A stretch of 64,000 bases of DNA, taken from Escherichia coli. Lineage in GTDB: Bacteria; Pseudomonadota; Gammaproteobacteria; Enterobacterales; Enterobacteriaceae. Of the stretch, positions 57,435-64,000 are shown in pieces. The translations under genes were made by a program, and so were the position numbers. The stretch is from NCBI RefSeq assembly GCF_044324785.1, contig NZ_CP172127.1; one strand, written 5' to 3'. Numbering within the stretch: the first letter of the stretch is position 1; the number at the start of each line of letters is the position of its first letter. The notes beneath the pieces are model-generated. The model saw only the letters and a list, made by a program, of their open reading frames with translations, was not told where the DNA came from and did not search any database.

Positions 57435-59201
57435 TTAGTAAGTACGAATCTTCGGCGGGAATGCCGGGCGCAGTTTCGGTTCCATGTTGACGCTTCGGCG
57501 CGTCATGGATTCCGACTCTGGCAGATACAGGGAGTGGCACAGCCAGTTTTCATCATCACGATCCGGGAAGTCGAAGCGGCTATGCGCGCCACGGCTTTCG
57601 GTACGGAAGTTGGCAGAAACAGCCGTTGCATACGCCGTTTCCATCAGGTTATCCAGTTCCAGGCACTCAACGCGCTGGGTGTTGAACTCGCTGGAAGTGT
57701 CATCCAGACGGGCATTTTTCAGACGCTCGCGGATCACTTTCAACTGCTCAAGCCCTTTCGCCATCGCATCACCTTCACGGAAGACCGAGAAGTTATGCTG
57801 CATACATTCTTGCAGCGCTTTACGGATCGCCACCGGATCTTCACCGTTACGGTTGTTGTTCCAGCGGTTCAGACGATCCAGAGACGCTTCTACATCAGAC
57901 TCGCTGGCATCGCGCAGTGCGCCCTGCTCGGCGATAGACTCTTGCAGATGCAGACCTGCCGCACGACCAAATACTACCAGGTCCAGCAGCGAGTTGCCGC
58001 CCAGACGGTTAGCACCGTGTACCGATACGCAGGCAATTTCACCTACCGCGAACAGCCCCGGAACCACCACATCTTCGCCTTTCTCATTCACAGTCAGCGC
58101 CTGACCGGTCACTTTGGTCGGAATACCGCCCATCATGTAGTGACAGGTTGGGATAACCGGAATCGGCTCTTTCACCGGATCGACGTGAGCGAAGGTACGG
58201 GAGAGTTCCAGGATACCCGGCAGACGGGATTCGAGAACTTCTTTACCCAGATGGTCAAGTTTCAGTTTTGCGTGTGGCCCCCACGGACCATCACAGCCGC
58301 GACCTTCACGGATTTCGATCATGATGGAACGCGCCACCACGTCACGGCCCGCCAGGTCTTTGGCGTTCGGCGCATAACGCTCCATAAAGCGTTCGCCATG
58401 TTTGTTCAGCAGATAACCGCCTTCACCACGGCAACCTTCGGTGACCAGTACGCCCGCACCTGCAATGCCGGTCGGGTGGAACTGCCACATTTCCATATCC
58501 TGTACTGGTACGCCTGCACGGATAGCCATGCCGACGCCGTCGCCAGTGTTAATGTGGGCGTTGGTGGTGGACTGATAAATACGCCCTGCCCCGCCAGTCG
58601 CCAGCACGGTAGCGCGGGCTTTGAAATAAACCACTTCACCAGTTTCGATGCACAGTGCGGTACAACCGACCACCGCGCCATCGGCGTTTTTCACCAGATC
58701 CAGCGCATACCATTCGGAGAAAATAGTGGTGTGGTTTTTCAGGTTCTGCTGATAAAGGGTGTGCAACAGTGCGTGACCGGTACGGTCAGCTGCCGCCGCA
58801 GTGCGTGCCGCCTGCTCGCCGCCGAAGTTTTTCGACTGACCGCCAAACGGACGTTGATAGATACGACCATCATCAAGACGCGAGAACGGGAGGCCCATGT
58901 GTTCCAGTTCCAGAATCGCTTCCGGCCCGGTTTTACACATATATTCAATCGCGTCCTGGTCACCGATATAGTCCGAACCTTTTACGGTGTCGTACATATG
59001 CCATTCCCAGTTATCTTCATGGGTATTACCCAGCGCAACGGTAATACCACCTTGCGCAGAAACGGTATGGGAACGGGTCGGGAAGACTTTAGAGAGCAGC
59101 GCACAGGTCTGACCGCTCTGGGAAATTTGCAGCGCCGCGCGCATACCTGCGCCACCGGCACCAATCACAACTGCATCAAATTCTCTGACTGGCAATTTCA
59201 T
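57435..59201 (-). CDS. sdhA: Succinate dehydrogenase flavoprotein subunit
   Basis: N-terminus [24 protein letters not shown]; start placed at internal Met of the ORF-track frame. Confidence 0.95.
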   Translation of the reverse strand: MKLPVREFDAVVIGAGGAGMRAALQISQSGQTCALLSKVFPTRSHTVSAQGGITVALGNTHEDNWEWHMYDTVKGSDYIGDQDAIEYMCKTGPEAILELEHMGLPFSRLDDGRIYQRPFGGQSKNFGGEQAARTAAAADRTGHALLHTLYQQNLKNHTTIFSEWYALDLVKNADGAVVGCTALCIETGEVVYFKARATVLATGGAGRIYQSTTNAHINTGDGVGMAIRAGVPVQDMEMWQFHPTGIAGAGVLVTEGCRGEGGYLLNKHGERFMERYAPNAKDLAGRDVVARSIMIEIREGRGCDGPWGPHAKLKLDHLGKEVLESRLPGILELSRTFAHVDPVKEPIPVIPTCHYMMGGIPTKVTGQALTVNEKGEDVVVPGLFAVGEIACVSVHGANRLGGNSLLDLVVFGRAAGLHLQESIAEQGALRDASESDVEASLDRLNRWNNNRNGEDPVAIRKALQECMQHNFSVFREGDAMAKGLEQLKVIRERLKNARLDDTSSEFNTQRVECLELDNLMETAYATAVSANFRTESRGAHSRFDFPDRDDENWLCHSLYLPESESMTRRSVNMEPKLRPAFPPKIRTY

Positions 59202-59548
59202 CACACACCCCACACCACAACGAATCCATAAATCACGTAAACCACCAGAGCAACGACAATCACCAGTTGCAGCATCAGGCGCAAGGCCAGCGGTTTAACG
59301 TAGTCGGTCAACACCTGCCACATGCCGATCCAGGCATGGATCAAGATAGAAAACAGCGCCAGCAGGGTGAACACTTTGGTGAACGCAGAGGCGAAGAAAC
59401 CGATCCAGACTTCATATGTCAGCTCGCCACTGGTAGCGAAAAAACCGACCATATAAATGATGTAGAGCGTCAGGACGATAGCGGTAGCGCGAACGAGGAT
59501 AAAATCATGTACGCCATTGCGTCCTAATGCGGAGGCGTTGCTTACCAT
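59201..59548 (-). CDS. sdhD: Succinate dehydrogenase membrane anchor subunit
   Basis: 115 aa hydrophobic; synteny. Confidence 0.9.
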
Positions 59549-59931
59549 ACGAGGACTCCTGCGAGAAGTGAAAGCACGACAGTAATAACAAAGGAGATTT
59601 TGGCGGAGCGTTTACCCGCTTCGAATGTTTCTTCCAGATAGCCAAAATCCATCATCATGTGGCGAATACCTACGACGACGTGATACGCCAGAGCGGTAAG
59701 GATGCCCCACATGATAAATTTGACGAAGAAGCTGCCCATAATCGCAGAAGCTTGCTCGAAACCTTCAGGGGAAGAGAGGCTGGTACCCAGAAGCCACAGC
59801 AGGATGCCCACTGCAACAAAGGTGATCACACCGGAAACGCGATGGAGAATGGACGCTATCGCCGTGATGGGGAACCGGATGGTCTGTAGGTCCAGATTAA
59901 CAGGTCTTTGTTTTTTCACATTTCTTATCAT
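59542..59931 (-). CDS. sdhC: Succinate dehydrogenase cytochrome b556 subunit
   Basis: Start placed at [15 protein letters not shown] (129 aa). Confidence 0.9.
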
Positions 59932-59946
59932 GAATAACGCCCACAT

Positions 59947-60638
59947 GCTGTTCTTATTATTCCCTGGGGACTACGGGCACAGAGGTTAACTTTCTGTTAC
60001 CTGGAGACGTCGGGATTTCCTTCCTCCGGTCTGCTTGCGGGTCAGACAGCGTCCTTTCTATAACTGCGCGTCATGCAAAACACTGCTTCCAGATGCGAAA
60101 ACGACACGTTACAACGCTGGGTGGCTCGGGATTGCAGGGTGTTCCGGAGACCTGGCGGCAGTATAGGCTGTTCACAAAATCATTACAATTAACCTACATA
60201 TAGTTTGTCGGGTTTTATCCTGAACAGTGATCCAGGTCACGATAACAACATTTATTTAATTTTTAATCATCTAATTTGACAATCATTCAACAAAGTTGTT
60301 ACAAACATTACCAGGAAAAGCATATAATGCGTAAAAGTTATGAAGTCGGTATTTCACCTAAGATTAACTTATGTAACAGTGTGGAAGTATTGACCAATTC
60401 ATTCGGGACAGTTATTAGTGGTAGACAAGTTTAATAATTCGGATTGCTAAGTACTTGATTCGCCATTTATTCGTCATCAATGGATCCTTTACCTGCAAGC
60501 GCCCAGAGCTCTGTACCCAGGTTTCCTCTCTTTCGCAGAGCGGCGAGCCAAATAACAAACGGGTAAAGCCAGGTTGATGTGCGAAGGCAAATTTAAGTTC
60601 CGGCAGTCTTACGCAATAAGGCGCTAAGGAGACCTTAA
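59947..60638. promoter_or_regulatory. Divergent sdhC / gltA promoter region
   Basis: About 690 bp AT-rich intergenic region between divergently transcribed sdhCDAB and gltA; individual sites not resolved. Confidence 0.5.
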
Positions 60639-61922
60639 ATGGCTGATACAAAAGCAAAACTCACCCTCAACGGGGACACAGCTGTTGAACTGGATGTGCT
60701 GAAAGGCACGCTGGGTCAAGATGTTATTGATATCCGTACTCTCGGTTCAAAAGGTGTGTTCACCTTTGACCCAGGCTTCACTTCAACCGCATCCTGCGAA
60801 TCTAAAATTACTTTTATTGATGGTGATGAAGGTATTTTGCTGCACCGCGGTTTCCCGATCGATCAGCTGGCGACCGATTCTAACTACCTGGAAGTTTGTT
60901 ACATCCTGCTGAATGGTGAAAAACCAACTCAGGAACAGTATGACGAATTTAAAACTACGGTGACCCGTCATACCATGATCCACGAGCAGATTACCCGTCT
61001 GTTCCATGCTTTCCGTCGCGACTCGCATCCAATGGCAGTCATGTGTGGTATTACCGGCGCGCTGGCGGCGTTCTATCACGACTCGCTGGATGTTAACAAT
61101 CCTCGTCATCGTGAAATTGCCGCGTTCCGCCTGCTGTCGAAAATGCCGACCATGGCCGCGATGTGTTACAAGTATTCCATTGGTCAGCCATTTGTTTACC
61201 CGCGCAACGATCTCTCCTACGCCGGTAACTTCCTGAATATGATGTTCTCCACGCCGTGCGAACCGTATGAAGTTAATCCGATTCTGGAACGTGCTATGGA
61301 CCGTATTCTGATCCTGCACGCTGACCATGAACAGAACGCCTCCACCTCCACCGTGCGTACCGCTGGCTCTTCGGGGGCGAACCCGTTTGCCTGTATCGCA
61401 GCTGGTATTGCTTCACTGTGGGGACCTGCGCACGGTGGTGCTAACGAAGCGGCGCTGAAAATGCTGGAAGAAATCAGCTCCGTTAAACACATTCCGGAAT
61501 TTGTTCGTCGTGCGAAAGACAAAAATGACTCTTTCCGCCTGATGGGCTTCGGTCACCGCGTGTACAAAAATTACGACCCGCGCGCCACCGTAATGCGTGA
61601 AACCTGCCATGAAGTTCTGAAAGAGCTGGGCACCAAAGATGACCTGCTGGAAGTGGCTATGGAGCTGGAAAACATCGCGCTGAACGACCCGTACTTTATC
61701 GAGAAGAAACTCTACCCGAACGTCGATTTCTACTCTGGTATCATCCTGAAAGCGATGGGTATTCCGTCTTCTATGTTCACCGTGATCTTCGCTATGGCAC
61801 GTACCGTTGGCTGGATCGCCCACTGGAGCGAAATGCACAGTGACGGTATGAAGATTGCCCGTCCGCGTCAACTGTATACAGGATATGAAAAACGCGACTT
61901 TAAAAGCGATATCAAGCGTTAA
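60639..61922 (+). CDS. gltA: Citrate synthase
   Basis: 427 aa starting [13 protein letters not shown]. Confidence 0.95.
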   Translation: MADTKAKLTLNGDTAVELDVLKGTLGQDVIDIRTLGSKGVFTFDPGFTSTASCESKITFIDGDEGILLHRGFPIDQLATDSNYLEVCYILLNGEKPTQEQYDEFKTTVTRHTMIHEQITRLFHAFRRDSHPMAVMCGITGALAAFYHDSLDVNNPRHREIAAFRLLSKMPTMAAMCYKYSIGQPFVYPRNDLSYAGNFLNMMFSTPCEPYEVNPILERAMDRILILHADHEQNASTSTVRTAGSSGANPFACIAAGIASLWGPAHGGANEAALKMLEEISSVKHIPEFVRRAKDKNDSFRLMGFGHRVYKNYDPRATVMRETCHEVLKELGTKDDLLEVAMELENIALNDPYFIEKKLYPNVDFYSGIILKAMGIPSSMFTVIFAMARTVGWIAHWSEMHSDGMKIARPRQLYTGYEKRDFKSDIKR

Positions 61923-61950
61923 TGGTTGATTGCTAAGCCGTTTACTTTCC

Positions 61951-61984
61951 GGACCCGCCTTTAATAGAGCGGGTTCTTTTTTAT
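61951..61984 (+). terminator. Intrinsic terminator after gltA
   Basis: Hairpin acccgc..gcgggt followed by T6. Confidence 0.6.
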
Positions 61985-62311
61985 ATGGCTGAACATAATA
62001 AATTGTAAAAATTAAACCAGATGCAAATACCCATTAATAAGGTGAAAAAATGTGACAAGTCACATACTGAGCAGAATGATAAGTTTATTTTTATACTTTC
62101 CTGCCGGTAGCATTGTTAACCCAATGAAAATTATGCATATCCATCCCACCCCATCTTTCATCTCATTAAACAATAAATTTATGCACTCAATTATTCCATT
62201 CTTTATATAACAAGCTTTTTAATATTGTTAAATAAAACCAAATACATTCAACTGTCAGTTAATATATTCTTGCCACGCAACACTCTATCTCATTATTTAA
62301 AGGACTCAGTT

Positions 62312-62878
62312 ATGTTTAAAGGACAAAAAACATTGGCCGCACTGGCCATATCTCTGCTATTCACAGCACCTGTTTATGCGGCTGATGAAGGATCCGGTGA
62401 AATTCACTTTAAAGGTGAAGTTATTGAAGCACCGTGTGAAATACATCAGGATGATATTGATAAAGAGGTTGAACTCGGTCAGGTGACCACCAGCCATATT
62501 AATCAGTCGCATCACAGCGATGCCGTTGCTGTCGACCTGCGCTTAGTCAACTGCGATCTGGAAAACTCCAACAACGGTTCCGGCGGCAAGATTTCTAAAG
62601 TTGCAGTCACCTTTGAAAGCTCAGCGAAAACCACCGGCGCAGATCCGATTCTCAACAACACCAGCACGGGTGAAGCGACCGGTGTCGGCGTGCGTTTAAT
62701 GAATAAAGATCAAAGCAATATCGTTTTAGGCACCGCTACTCCAGATATCGACCTGGCACCAACCTCCAGCGAACAAACGTTAAATTTCTTTGCGTGGATG
62801 GAACAAATTGATCAGGCTACGCCCGTAACACCAGGCGCAGTTACGGCTAATGCGACCTACGTACTGGATTATAAATAA
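62312..62878 (+). CDS. ybgD: Fimbrial major subunit (chaperone-usher pilus)
   Basis: Signal peptide MFKGQKTLAALAISLLFTAPVYA, conserved Cys and C-terminal beta-strand typical of fimbrial subunits; start placed at ATG 62312. Confidence 0.75.
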   Translation: MFKGQKTLAALAISLLFTAPVYAADEGSGEIHFKGEVIEAPCEIHQDDIDKEVELGQVTTSHINQSHHSDAVAVDLRLVNCDLENSNNGSGGKISKVAVTFESSAKTTGADPILNNTSTGEATGVGVRLMNKDQSNIVLGTATPDIDLAPTSSEQTLNFFAWMEQIDQATPVTPGAVTANATYVLDYK

Positions 62879-62928
62879 GTATCACTTTGGCGGCGTCATC
62901 GCCGCCTTTCTTCAAATATTTATCAGGT

Positions 62929-64000
62929 ATGGACACCGTGAATATTTATCGACTCTCTTTTATATCCTGCCTGGTCATGGCGATACCTTCCGCATTGGCG
63001 GTCGAATTCAACCTGAATGTCCTCGATAAATCGATGCGAGATCGCATTGATATTTCATTATTAAAGGAAAAAGGGGGCATTGCTCCCGGTGAATATTTTG
63101 TTAGCGTTGCAGTAAATAACAACCAAATCAGTAACGGACAAAAAATTGACTGGAAAAAGAACGGTGACCAAACCATTCCATGCATCAATGATTCACTGGT
63201 CGATAAATTTGGTTTAAAACCAGATATCCGTCAGTCCTTGCCACAGATAGATCGGTGTATTGATTTCAGTTCCCGACCTGAAATGCTCTTCAATTTCGAT
63301 CAAGCCAATCAGCAACTGAATATTAGTATTCCGCAAGCCTGGCTGGCGTGGCACTCAGAAAACTGGGCTCCCCCCTCTACATGGAAAGAAGGTGTTGCCG
63401 GTGTCCTGATGGATTACAACTTGTTTGCCAGCAGCTACCGCCCACAGGACGGCAGCAGCAGCACTAATCTGAATGCCTACGGTACCGCCGGAATTAACGC
63501 CGGGGCATGGCGCTTACGCAGTGATTACCAGCTTAATAAGACTGATAGCGAAGATAACCATGACCAGTCAGGCGGAATATCGCGCACCTATCTTTTTCGT
63601 CCATTACCGCAATTAGGCTCTAAGTTAACCCTCGGCGAAACCGATTTCAGTTCCAATATTTTCGATGGTTTTTCTTATACCGGCGCGGCACTGGCGAGTG
63701 ACGATCGAATGTTACCGTGGGAGCTGCGTGGCTACGCCCCACAAATTAGCGGTATTGCACAGACCAATGCCACGGTGACGATCAGTCAATCAGGCCGCGT
63801 CATTTACCAGAAAAAAGTCCCGCCAGGCCCGTTTATTATTGATGACCTCAATCAGTCTGTTCAGGGCACGCTGGATGTCAAAGTGACGGAAGAAGATGGT
63901 CGGGTGAACAATTTCCAGGTTTCGGCAGCATCGACACCCTTCCTTACGCGCCAGGGGCAGGTTCGCTATAAATTGACCGCGGGTCAGCCACGGCCCTCCA
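62929..64000 (+). CDS. ybgQ: Fimbrial outer-membrane usher, 5' portion (continues past window end)
   Basis: Hand translation from ATG 62929 gives a signal peptide and usher-like N-terminal domain with no stop before the window end. Confidence 0.7.
   Translation, partial: MDTVNIYRLSFISCLVMAIPSALAVEFNLNVLDKSMRDRIDISLLKEKGGIAPGEYFVSVAVNNNQISNGQKIDWKKNGDQTIPCINDSLVDKFGLKPDIRQSLPQIDRCIDFSSRPEMLFNFDQANQQLNISIPQAWLAWHSENWAPPSTWKEGVAGVLMDYNLFASSYRPQDGSSSTNLNAYGTAGINAGAWRLRSDYQLNKTDSEDNHDQSGGISRTYLFRPLPQLGSKLTLGETDFSSNIFDGFSYTGAALASDDRMLPWELRGYAPQISGIAQTNATVTISQSGRVIYQKKVPPGPFIIDDLNQSVQGTLDVKVTEEDGRVNNFQVSAASTPFLTRQGQVRYKLTAGQPRPS

Noticed and set aside
57534-59231. 565 aa ORF on the + strand, antisense to sdhA
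   Set aside because: Fully overlaps sdhA on the opposite strand; composition is atypical; sdhA identity is unambiguous.

Overview
Enterobacterial chromosomal window that matches, from memory, the Escherichia coli ybhB-to-gltA region in inverted orientation. Most of it is conserved core: ybhB/ybhC, ybhJ-ybhI-ybhH with divergent LysR gene ybhD, pgl, ybhA, modCBA-acrZ / modEF, galETKM, gpmA, aroG, ybgS, zitB, pnuC, nadA, the seven-gene lysT-valT-lysW-valZ-lysY-lysZ-lysQ tRNA operon, cpoB-pal-tolBARQ-ybgC, ybgE-cydX-cydBA, sucDCBA, sdhBADC, gltA and the start of the ybgD/ybgQ fimbrial operon. The exception is an accessory segment at about 36.6-50.0 kb between cydA and sucD, where K-12 (as I recall) carries mngR-mngAB. 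It encodes a complete coenzyme-B12-dependent glutamate-to-mesaconate (methylaspartate) pathway: glutamate mutase glmS-glmL-glmE, methylaspartate ammonia-lyase, a DUF1446-like/DUF4387-like pair, a glutamate/dicarboxylate symporter, a class I fumarase paralog (candidate mesaconase), a cob(I)alamin adenosyltransferase and a LysR regulator. I recall this pathway being described in the E. coli O157:H7 lineage, so it is probably not new. The best candidate for something undescribed is at the cydA-proximal edge of the island: two co-oriented orphan ORFs (314 aa and 140 aa, 36697-38144) in a visibly AT-rich block with no motif I can recognise. No CRISPR array, IS element or prophage gene was seen. CDS coordinates come from the supplied ORF track with starts adjusted to remembered N-termini; hand-indexed sites (tRNAs, operators, hairpins) may be off by 1-2 nt.
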